The notes beneath the pieces were generated by a model, which ran no database searches, was not told the DNA's origin, and saw only the letters and a list, made by a program, of their open reading frames with translations. DNA of 64,000 nt from Parcubacteria group bacterium (GTDB lineage: Bacteria; Patescibacteriota; Minisyncoccia; Moranbacterales; UBA2206): positions 35,654-99,653 of the forward strand of contig JBAZYF010000001.1 in assembly GCA_041659505.1 (NCBI GenBank), written 5' to 3'. Made by a program: the position numbers and the translations under genes. Numbering within the stretch: the stretch's first letter is position 1; each line of letters opens with the position of its first letter. Positions 37,746 to 45,270 of the stretch are shown piece after piece.

Positions 37746-39646
37746 TTTACTACCTTATAATTCGTACCCAGAGCAGCGTCCTCTAGGAGATGCGTGCTTT
37801 TCCCCTCGACCTTAGCAGAAATATTTTCCTCTGTAAAGAGATCGTTAGCTGAAAAAATTGACTCCTTAAGCAGGGGGGCTTCATCACCAGCTTGATCGGG
37901 CGATGGTTTGATTTTAACCTGGAAAGCTACTTCTTTCGCATCAGAGATTATGCCTGTTCCAGCCGCAAGATTTCCAATCGTCCAAATGATCGAATTGGTC
38001 CGCTCATTATAAACCAAGGGGGCAGTTTGGGGAAAGAACTCTTTGGTCATCGTGACTGAAGTTGGCAGGACCGTCTCCACTTTTGCACTAGAAACATCAT
38101 TAGAAACATTTAATACGCGAAAATGCATCGTATACGTAGTTTCCTCTCCAACTTTGGGTGGAATCGGTCCAGAGTTGGGAATATTGGCATCGTTATAAAA
38201 GCCGTTGACCATTAAGATTAATTTGGAATTTAATTTAATGTCCATCTTATTGCCTGAGATGATTTTATTCATACTGATCGGCGTGGGAATATCTGGGCTA
38301 TCAATTTTTGTAAGGCTAGAAATGACGAAATTTTTGTCATTACTATTTGAAACTGGAATAATATCCTTAACTCTGATGGAAAATTTAATCACGCCACCCT
38401 GACCAGAAGTGAGGTTTTTCAGCTGGCTATAGTCGGCCGCTTTCCAGGTAATTATCTTGCTACCTGAATCATAGGCTCCGCCTGAAAGATCAAGAGTTGT
38501 ATAGTCGAGGACGGGGCTATCGAGATGCTCGGTCACAACCACATCACGTAACCCCGTTGCACCTTCATTTTTATAATTTATTTCAAATTGTAAGTGATCG
38601 CCCGGATTTGCAACTATGTCACTTAGCCCATTAACTGTCTGCGTGATGACCAATGGCGAAGAAACGATCTTAGTCTGGACATCTGTTTCATTGTACGAAA
38701 CAAATTGGCCGTTATTATCCGCTCCAATCTTTATTATAGCCTTTTTCACTTCATCCCTTTCACCCCCTAACTTTCCCACAATTACTACTTTTCCACTCTG
38801 TCCACCAGGCAGGTCACCAAGATACCAAATATTATTTCCCTCGGATACTCTTGGGTCAGAACTAGAAAAAGTGAACCGTTCGGGATAATCAATCCTAACC
38901 TTAACATTCTTAAAGCTTTCCGTTCCCTCATTTTTATAGTTAACCAAGTAATTCACTTCATCATCGCTGGAAATATTTTGCGGCGCCATCACCTCAAGCG
39001 TGATTGGCGCAGAGATGACACTTACCACTAATTGTGCACTCGCTATGAATGTTGTACTAATTGTAGATGGAGCATAAACGAGATCCGCCTTGAGCTTAAT
39101 CAGGTTTCCCTTGGGACTATAGGCCCGACCACTGAAAGTCATACTACCTTCATCCCCCCCTTTGATGTCAGGCAAGCCAGCCACGCTGGAAGTTGTCCCC
39201 TCGCTTTTAAACTGATTGTTAACTTCCGGCTTAAAATCTTCTGGGTAAGTCAACCGAAGAGTGACATTTTTCAGATCCGCCCGATTGTCATTCTTGTATT
39301 TCACCGTGTAGCTGATCAAGTTTCCACTTTTAATCTCTGTCGAACCATCCAGCGAAATTATCACCTGATCAGTCGAAAAGAAGGCCTGTTTGATCTTTAA
39401 AAAACCCACGACCAGTACAATTACCAAAAGTAGTCCGGCTAAGATGTAGGCGCCTTTTTTGACGATTTGTTTATTTTCTTTCTCTAACGGCTCGCTTTTC
39501 TCTACCCAATCATCTTTCGGTAGCTCTGCTTTTTCGGGAGAACTAAATGCGACAATCTTGGTATTAAATTCACTCTTTTCATGCTCCAACACCTCTTTGT
39601 CAATTTCTTTCTTATACAGTTCGTTTTTTATTTCACCAAGTGACAT
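37742..39646 (-). CDS. Membrane-anchored surface protein with DUF11-like repeated beta domains
   Basis: 634 aa. N-terminal TM helix. At least three repeated modules: ISYTVKYKNDNRADLKNVTLRLTYPEDF, VNYLVNYKNEGTESFKNVKVRIDYPERF and LQFEINYKNEGATGLRDVVVTEHLDSP. Confidence 0.5.
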   Translation of the reverse strand: MSLGEIKNELYKKEIDKEVLEHEKSEFNTKIVAFSSPEKAELPKDDWVEKSEPLEKENKQIVKKGAYILAGLLLVIVLVVGFLKIKQAFFSTDQVIISLDGSTEIKSGNLISYTVKYKNDNRADLKNVTLRLTYPEDFKPEVNNQFKSEGTTSSVAGLPDIKGGDEGSMTFSGRAYSPKGNLIKLKADLVYAPSTISTTFIASAQLVVSVISAPITLEVMAPQNISSDDEVNYLVNYKNEGTESFKNVKVRIDYPERFTFSSSDPRVSEGNNIWYLGDLPGGQSGKVVIVGKLGGERDEVKKAIIKIGADNNGQFVSYNETDVQTKIVSSPLVITQTVNGLSDIVANPGDHLQFEINYKNEGATGLRDVVVTEHLDSPVLDYTTLDLSGGAYDSGSKIITWKAADYSQLKNLTSGQGGVIKFSIRVKDIIPVSNSNDKNFVISSLTKIDSPDIPTPISMNKIISGNKMDIKLNSKLILMVNGFYNDANIPNSGPIPPKVGEETTYTMHFRVLNVSNDVSSAKVETVLPTSVTMTKEFFPQTAPLVYNERTNSIIWTIGNLAAGTGIISDAKEVAFQVKIKPSPDQAGDEAPLLKESIFSANDLFTEENISAKVEGKSTHLLEDAALGTNYKVVN

Positions 39647-39809
39647 ATTTTTGTTTATATTGTTTTATTATCCTAATCTAATCTTACCTCATTCACTCAA
39701 TTTTATCAAATATCCATGAGCTATAATTGACAATATCTCTGCAAAAAAATAAACTAAAAAAACAATCATAAAAATTAACAGTAAAAGTATAAAAAATTCA
39801 CCCTCCCTA

Positions 39810-40544
39810 TTGCAAAAAATAAACACTTTTTTTCTTGATGCGCTTTTCCCTATCGCTTGTTTAGCTTGCCAGAAAAAGAATCATTGGATTTGCGATGAAT
39901 GTCTGGACAAACTCGAGCTACTCTCTTTCCAGGTTTGCCCGTATTGCGAAAAAGAAATCACCCAAAATGGCCTTGTTTGCGAAAGATGCCGGCAGATCCA
40001 ATTCACAAAAAATTCACAACTTGACCTAAACGCTCTTGTCTGCGCTACGGATTATCAAAAAATCAGCAAACTGATCCATTTTTTTAAATATAATTTTGTC
40101 ATTGACCTGGGGGTGCCACTGGGAAAAATAATCACGCGCGCCTTGCAAAAAAACAACCTGCCCCTGCCAGACTTCATCATTCCCATTCCGATCCACAAAC
40201 GCAAATTGAAATGGCGCGGTTTCAATCAAGCCGAAATCTTGGCCAATTTTGTCGGCCAAAACATCACACCAAATTTTCCCCTTCCAGTTCGAACCGACTT
40301 GGTTTTTCGCCGGAAAAAAACCCAAACGCAGATGAAAATAAAAAGTTACCAAACCCGACTGGAAAATCTCAAGGATGCTTTTGCGCTTATGCCCCGAGCG
40401 CGAGAAGCAATTGCCGGAAAAAAAGTTCTGCTCATCGATGATGTCGCCACCACCGGAGCGACACTTTTTGAATGCGCCAAAGTTTTGAAAACTGCCGGCG
40501 CAAGAGAAATTTACGGCGCAATTATCGCCCGGCAAAAAATCTAA
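39810..40544 (+). CDS. comFC: ComF-family protein (ComFC, phosphoribosyltransferase domain)
   Basis: N-terminal double CxxC zinc finger. C-terminal PRTase motif VLLIDDVATTGATL. Confidence 0.8.
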   Translation: MQKINTFFLDALFPIACLACQKKNHWICDECLDKLELLSFQVCPYCEKEITQNGLVCERCRQIQFTKNSQLDLNALVCATDYQKISKLIHFFKYNFVIDLGVPLGKIITRALQKNNLPLPDFIIPIPIHKRKLKWRGFNQAEILANFVGQNITPNFPLPVRTDLVFRRKKTQTQMKIKSYQTRLENLKDAFALMPRAREAIAGKKVLLIDDVATTGATLFECAKVLKTAGAREIYGAIIARQKI

Positions 40545-40556
40545 CCGACCTCTAAT

Positions 40557-41225
40557 TTAATCTTCCTTCACTTCTGACTCGGCTTTATGAAAAAGTTTGT
40601 AGTCAGCTCTGAAAAACCACAGTCCAATCCGATAGATGCTGTGCGTGATGAAAAAAGCGGCTACGACATCGATCGAGTAATGCAGATGACCCAAAATCAT
40701 CGTCGCCCCAAACAACACGGAGAAAAAAACCAAGATATAGCGCAAAACCAAGTCATCCCAAAAAATCAAAGCCAGAAGAAATGGCATGCCGGTGTGTCCG
40801 GAAAAAAACATGTCATTGCCCGACGCAATACTCGACAAAATATCGTGCTTGCTAAGAAATGAATGATCCGGAATTGGTCCCAGGTGTGTAAGCGAAATGA
40901 AGACTGAGCGGATAAGGATAAATAGTGCCAAATTTTTGAGCACATAGGGAATGCGCTGGGGTTTAATGACAAGCAGGAAAAAAATAAACCAGATAAACAG
41001 CCAGACCACTTCATTGACCATAAAATTAACATCCACCACTGGCAAATTATCTAAAAGAATATCGTTCACATGGCTGCTAGCGCTTCTGTCGACATAGAGT
41101 GAGGCATAGTGATTAATGATGATGCTGGCGACAAAGAAAAGGATGCCCAAAAAAATTGACCGGGACACATCCTTATGTTTCCAATACTGTTTATTTTTGA
41201 GAAATGTTTTTTTGAGTTCAAACAT
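40557..41225 (-). CDS. PAP2-family membrane phosphatase
   Basis: KPQRIP, FFSGHT and HLHYSIDVV correspond to the three PAP2 motifs. Confidence 0.7.
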   Translation of the reverse strand: MFELKKTFLKNKQYWKHKDVSRSIFLGILFFVASIIINHYASLYVDRSASSHVNDILLDNLPVVDVNFMVNEVVWLFIWFIFFLLVIKPQRIPYVLKNLALFILIRSVFISLTHLGPIPDHSFLSKHDILSSIASGNDMFFSGHTGMPFLLALIFWDDLVLRYILVFFSVLFGATMILGHLHYSIDVVAAFFITHSIYRIGLWFFRADYKLFHKAESEVKED

Positions 41226-41229
41226 CTTT

Positions 41230-41964
41230 TTATCTTATATCTTTATACTTTTTGGAAAAAGGTTTTTGAAAAGCAATTACCCAAAAATAATTAACCACAT
41301 ATCGCAGAGCGGTCAAGAGAAAGCCCTCCTGCGAAAACCTCCGCGCCGAAGTATGCATTGGGAAAAAAAAAGAAAATTTCACTTGACCAACTCGTTGGAT
41401 TCTTTTGGCAATATCCGTGTCTTCGCCATAAAAACCAATGCGCACATCAAACCCGCCAATTTCTTCAAGCGCATTGCGCCTAAGCACAAAATTACCACCT
41501 TGGAGCATTGCACCTTTTCGAAGAATATACTGATTGAAAAGATGAATGATATATCCTAACGAATAATATATCCAAACGAGAAAGTTGATCCATAAAGATC
41601 TGTCATAATAAACATACGGTCCGCTCAGTGCGACTAATTTTTTGTTTTGCGAAAATTCCAAGACAGCTTTTTCGATCCAACCAGGCGCTAAAATACTATC
41701 AGCATCGATGTTAGCGATAATTTCTCCCGAGGAAGCCAGGAAACCAGATTGGCGCGCTTGCGCTAAGCCTTTTATCTGCTCATCGACTAGTCTAACATCG
41801 GGATGAGCCAAAATTATCTCCCGTGTCCTGTCTGTACTGGCATTGTTCACCGCAATCACTTCCGCATCGATCTTACTACTGCGCACTTCGCGAAGGATCG
41901 AGTCCAAGCATTTTCCAATATATTTCTCCTCATTATAGGCCGGGATGACAAAACTGATTTTCAT
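41230..41964 (-). CDS. Family 2 glycosyltransferase
   Basis: ISFVIPAYNEEKYIGKCLDSI ... DADSIL (DxD). Confidence 0.75.
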   Translation of the reverse strand: MKISFVIPAYNEEKYIGKCLDSILREVRSSKIDAEVIAVNNASTDRTREIILAHPDVRLVDEQIKGLAQARQSGFLASSGEIIANIDADSILAPGWIEKAVLEFSQNKKLVALSGPYVYYDRSLWINFLVWIYYSLGYIIHLFNQYILRKGAMLQGGNFVLRRNALEEIGGFDVRIGFYGEDTDIAKRIQRVGQVKFSFFFPMHTSARRFSQEGFLLTALRYVVNYFWVIAFQKPFSKKYKDIR

Positions 41965-42638
41965 ATTTTTAATGCTAACATTTTTACAATTTGGTAAATT
42001 ATTTCAAAAACAGAAATTGTTTTTAAAATATTCAGACTCATCATAACCTCCCCCTTAAGCCCCGCTAAAAATTTACCCTTTTGATGCTTCCAGGGACTGA
42101 TCACATTTTCCCAGAAAACAATTTTTATTTTCAGCCTATTTTTTATGATCAACTTATTTAAATAAACTTCAAACCCGTAGGAAGGCAATTGTTCTATTTT
42201 TTTGATATGCCCTGCTATTAATTTTTTATCAAAAACCCTCTCGCCTGAGATATAATCCAATCCAATTTTTCTAAATGGCCAAGGTGCATTTTTTCTGAGA
42301 CTGATTGTGATATCAGCTTCTCCGGATAAAATTGGGCTAATAATCGCTGTCACATTTAAAGGTTTTAGATCCAACAGATCGGCATCTAATAAAAAAATTG
42401 TTTCGCATTTAGCCTTAGCAATTCCTGACAAAACAGCCTGGCTCTTCCCTTTATTTTTTTCATGTCTTATTAGCTTCACATTATCAAACTTTCCAACTAT
42501 TTCGCAAGTCTGATCTTTTGAACCATCATCGACCACGATAACTTCATTTATCAGAGGGTGCCTATGGACAGCCTCCAGTACATTTCCAATTCTTCCCTCC
42601 TCATTATATGCTGGAATTATACATGAAATATATTTCAT
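41961..42638 (-). CDS. Family 2 glycosyltransferase (Dpm1/GtrB-like)
   Basis: ISCIIPAYNEEGRIGNVLEAV ... VVDDGSKDQT ... LLDADL. Overlaps the downstream GT2 gene by 4 bp. Confidence 0.75.
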   Translation of the reverse strand: MKYISCIIPAYNEEGRIGNVLEAVHRHPLINEVIVVDDGSKDQTCEIVGKFDNVKLIRHEKNKGKSQAVLSGIAKAKCETIFLLDADLLDLKPLNVTAIISPILSGEADITISLRKNAPWPFRKIGLDYISGERVFDKKLIAGHIKKIEQLPSYGFEVYLNKLIIKNRLKIKIVFWENVISPWKHQKGKFLAGLKGEVMMSLNILKTISVFEIIYQIVKMLALKI

Positions 42639-42656
42639 TTCGTGACAAAAAAATTA

Positions 42657-43235
42657 TTATTTTTGTGGTTTCTTAGTAAAATGATAGGCCACCAACCCCG
42701 AAATAATCACAAAAAGCATCGCAACAGTAAAATAGCCCAAATAAGTATCAATCTTGGCATAGGCATGCCCGAAATAATAACCAAGCAACAAAAAAACAAG
42801 TGTTTTGGGAACTGTGCCGATAAAATTAAATTTGATAAATTTTTTCAAAGAAATCCTTGCGATGCCTGATGCCACTAAAATAGCACCACCCGCCGAATGT
42901 GTCCATTTGCCGAAAAGAAGTGTTTTGCCGAAATGCTTGTCAAAATGATTTTTCATTTTTTGGACTTGTTCAATATTAATCCATAAAAAACGTCCCTTTG
43001 AAAAAATACGCTTGCCCCCAAAATATCCTACGGAATAATATAACACATCTCCCGTTACATCGCCAAAAACAGCCACCAAATAAAGTCCATAAACATTAAA
43101 ATAACCCAGATAAGCTAAAAATCCTGCAATTACAGTGACAATTGGCCCCTCAATCACAACCAAAGGGAAAAAGATAAAATACTTATACTGCACCAGAAGA
43201 TTAAATATTTGATTTTGTGACAAATTTAAAAACAA
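42657..43235 (-). CDS. DedA-family (VTT domain) membrane protein
   Basis: 192 aa with YFGGKRIFSKGRFLW and G...GK.LLFGKWTHSAGG.ILVASGIARISLKKF motifs. Confidence 0.7.
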   Translation of the reverse strand: MFLNLSQNQIFNLLVQYKYFIFFPLVVIEGPIVTVIAGFLAYLGYFNVYGLYLVAVFGDVTGDVLYYSVGYFGGKRIFSKGRFLWINIEQVQKMKNHFDKHFGKTLLFGKWTHSAGGAILVASGIARISLKKFIKFNFIGTVPKTLVFLLLGYYFGHAYAKIDTYLGYFTVAMLFVIISGLVAYHFTKKPQK

Positions 43236-43260
43236 ACGATTTATTTTTAAATATTTATCC

Positions 43261-43334
43261 TGGTCGGGCTGCCGAGAATCGAACTCGGTCTACATCCACC
43301 CCATGGACGCGTACTACCGGTATACTACAGCCCG
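43261..43334 (-). tRNA. tRNA-Pro (anticodon GGG)
   Basis: Reverse complement CGGGCTG-TA-GTATACCGGTAGTAC-G-CGTCC-ATGGGGT-GGATG-TAGA-CCGAG-TTCGATT-CTCGG-CAGCCCG-A-CCA. Clean cloverleaf with the anticodon loop aTGGGgt. Confidence 0.8.
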
Positions 43335-43342
43335 TGGCCTTG

Positions 43343-43413
43343 CGCCCGCCTGCAACGCTATGCGTAGCATTGCGGGCAGGTACTACCGCCATACTACACC
43401 CTGAAATCTAAAA
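43343..43413 (-). other. Pseudo-duplicate of the tRNA-Pro 5' half fused to a GC-rich palindrome
   Basis: The reverse complement reads GGGTGTAGTATGGCGGTAGTAC (compare the tRNA 5' end GGGCTGTAGTATACCGGTAGTAC), then CTGCCCGCAATGCTACGCATAGCGTTGCAGGCGGGCGC. There is no T-arm. Confidence 0.5.
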
Positions 43414-43431
43414 GGCAAAAAAGCACCCTTC

Positions 43432-44016
43432 TTATATCCCCAAAAATCTTTCCAACATTTCCGCCAGATTATGATCTTGTTTTATTTCTGGAATATATTT
43501 GAGTAGAATTCGGCGAATGATTACTGGATCTTCATTTTCGAGCGGAATGTGCACAAAGGGCGTGAGATAGCTTCTTGTGTGCAAGCTGATCACTTTAATA
43601 TATCGCGGATCATAAAAAATCCAAAAAGAGTGGATATTTTCAAATTCATATATTTCATTGCCAGCCAGAATGCCCTCGGGCACAATGCGAAAATCCAAAA
43701 TCCGCGGTTCCTTGCTTGAATACATATAGGCAACGATGCCGATAAGCACAAAAACAATCGCCATAATCGGATTATCTGTAAAAGTGGCATAGACAATAAT
43801 GGCCAGAAGGACAAGTGCGACATAGGAAAGGCGCCGTTTATTCTGCTCATACATTTCAAATTCCGGCGCGCTCCAATGCCAAAGCGCATCTTTGGAATAT
43901 TGTTCCAGCAATCCCTCACTCTCAGGCGCTGGAAGCATTTCCATTTCCGCTGGGCGACTTTTTAAAAACGCCTCGTTATCATCTCTAAAGGATTGTTTAT
44001 GGTTTTTTATATACAT
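43432..44016 (-). CDS. Hypothetical membrane protein
   Basis: 194 aa, two central TM helices (LSYVALVLLAIIVYATF...IMAIVFVLIGIVAYMY). Confidence 0.4.
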   Translation of the reverse strand: MYIKNHKQSFRDDNEAFLKSRPAEMEMLPAPESEGLLEQYSKDALWHWSAPEFEMYEQNKRRLSYVALVLLAIIVYATFTDNPIMAIVFVLIGIVAYMYSSKEPRILDFRIVPEGILAGNEIYEFENIHSFWIFYDPRYIKVISLHTRSYLTPFVHIPLENEDPVIIRRILLKYIPEIKQDHNLAEMLERFLGI

Positions 44017-44156
44017 TTTAATTACATTAAGGCAACGGTACCAATTTACTTAATGTTAACATATTAAGTAGAGACGAGGCAATGCCTCGTCTTTGTCTTG
44101 TCTTTACAATTGCCGGTTCAGCTGATAGTATTTAAAAGTTAAGATTTATCATATTT

Positions 44157-44275
44157 GGAGAGGTGGCTGAGTGGGCCGGATGCGATCAAACATCTGGCGG
44201 GTTGCAAAAGCAACCCCGGCAGACACGAAGCTACAGTTTTTTGACCGAGTCCGCCAACTGGCGGACGAGAAATAT
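44157..44275 (+). other. tRNA-Ser 5' pseudo-duplicate plus hairpin leader
   Basis: Starts ATATTTGGAGAGGTGGCTGAGTGG, identical to the first 18 nt of the downstream tRNA-Ser. It then diverges into hairpins CGGGTTGCAAAAGCAACCCG and GTCCGCCAACTGGCGGAC. No T-arm. Confidence 0.5.
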
Positions 44276-44361
44276 GGAGAGGTGGCTGAGTGGCTGAAAG
44301 CACCACACTGCTAACGTGGCAAGGGGTAAAACCCTTCGAGGGTTCAAATCCCTCCCTCTCC
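44276..44361 (+). tRNA. tRNA-Ser (anticodon GCT)
   Basis: GGAGAGG acceptor, long variable arm, anticodon loop cTGCTaa, T-arm GGTTCAAATCC, 3' acceptor CCTCTCC-G. Confidence 0.85.
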
Positions 44362-44365
44362 GCCT

Positions 44366-44640
44366 TCGCCACGCCGTAGCTTCAGCGAAGGCGGGCTTCG
44401 CCAAAGCTACGGCATGGCTACGGCGTGACAAGTCCGCTCAGGACTCAGCGAAGGCGGGCTTCGCCAAAGCTACGGCATGGCTACGGCGTGACAAGTCCGC
44501 TCAGGACTCAGCGAAGGCGGGCTACGGCATGGCTACGGCGTGACAAGTCCGCTCAGGACTCAGCGAAGGCGAGCTTCGCCAAAGCTACAGCGTAACTACG
44601 GCGTGACGCAGTCCGCAAGAAACCATGCGAAAGCGGGATT
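44366..44640. repeat. GC-rich tandem repeat array (about 63-bp unit, about 4 copies) after tRNA-Ser(GCT)
   Basis: The unit CAGCGAAGGCGGGCTTCGCCAAAGCTACGGCATGGCTACGGCGTGACAAGTCCGCTCAGGACT is repeated head-to-tail. One copy lacks TTCGCCAAAG. Confidence 0.75.
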
Positions 44641-44673
44641 TACTACGCTACAATATTCTCAAAATAAAAAGCT

Positions 44674-44904
44674 ATGTATTATGTCTATAGTCTAAAATGC
44701 AAGGATGGATATTATGTCGGTTGCACAGATAATCTTAAAGATAGAATAATTAGACATCAAAACGGCTACGTACCAGCAACTAAAAATAGACTGCCCTTGA
44801 AATTGGATTTTTATTTTGCAATGAACGATAAATATAAAGCATTTGAATTTGAAAAATACCTAAAATCAGGATCCGGACGTGCTTTTTCTGTGAAGCATTT
44901 TTAA
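44674..44904 (+). CDS. Small GIY-YIG nuclease-domain protein
   Basis: 76 aa. YYVYSLKCKDGYYVGCTDNLKDRIIRHQNG matches the GIY-(10-11)-YIG ...R...H..G core. Sits between the two tRNA-Ser genes. Confidence 0.65.
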   Translation: MYYVYSLKCKDGYYVGCTDNLKDRIIRHQNGYVPATKNRLPLKLDFYFAMNDKYKAFEFEKYLKSGSGRAFSVKHF

Positions 44905-44913
44905 AAAACAATG

Positions 44914-45000
44914 GGAGAGATGGCCGAGTGGTTTAAGGCAACAGTCTTGAAAACTGTCGTACTGTTAAAGGTACCGTGAGTTCGAATCTCACTCTCTCCG
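44914..45000 (+). tRNA. tRNA-Ser (anticodon TGA)
   Basis: GGAGAGA acceptor, anticodon loop cTTGAaa, long variable arm, T-arm GAGTTCGAATCTCAC, 3' acceptor TCTCTCC-G. Confidence 0.85.
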
Positions 45001-45176
45001 CCTTCGCCACGCTGAAGCGTGGCTTCGGCGTGACGCAGTCCGCCAGAAGCCATGCGAAAGCGGGATTCGCTACGCCGAAGCGTGGCTACGGCGTGACGCA
45101 GTCCGCCGTGGATACGCGTAGGCGAGCTTCGCCACGCCAGAACAAACATTCGGCGTGACGCAGTCCGCCAGAAGAA
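45000..45176. repeat. GC-rich repeat array after tRNA-Ser(TGA), related to 44366..44640
   Basis: CGGCGTGACGCAGTCCGCC occurs three times. It shares GTGACGCAGTCCGC(C/A)AGAA(G/A)CCATGCGAAAGCGGGATT with the end of the first array. Confidence 0.65.
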
Positions 45177-45194
45177 TAGTTAAAATAAATAATT

Positions 45195-45267
45195 GCGCTT
45201 ATAGCTCAGTGGATAGAGCGTCTGGTTGCGGTCCAGAAGGTCGCAGGTTCGATTCCTGCTAAGCGCA
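45195..45267 (+). tRNA. tRNA-Arg (anticodon reads GCG)
   Basis: GCGCTTA acceptor, D-arm GCTCAGTGGATAGAGC, anticodon stem TCTGG/CCAGA with loop tTGCGgt, T-arm GCAGGTTCGATTCCTGC, 3' acceptor TAAGCGC-A. Confidence 0.7.
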
Positions 45268-45270
45268 CAA

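Noticed and set aside
44157-44275. Read as an intron-containing tRNA or a tRNA-Sec, since it contains TCA in a loop and a long hairpin
   Set aside because: It has no T-arm (GGTTCGAnTCC-like) and no 3' acceptor complement. Only the first 18 nt match tRNA-Ser. Treated as a pseudo-duplicate leader.
44139-44543. ORF-track CDSs 44139..44372(-), 44231..44431(-) and 44316..44543(+)
   Set aside because: They overlap tRNA-Ser and the GC-rich tandem array. The repetitive Ala/Lys-rich translations are artefacts of the repeats.
44366-45176. Possible CRISPR array, given regularly spaced GC-rich repeats near a nuclease gene
   Set aside because: The units are repeated in full with no unique spacers between them, and no cas genes are nearby. 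The GIY-YIG protein is not Cas-like. Called tandem repeats.
45226-45270. recG start at 45226 as in the ORF track
   Set aside because: It overlaps the 3' half of tRNA-Arg. The ATG at 45271 immediately after the tRNA gives the expected MNTLLKNIPK N-terminus.
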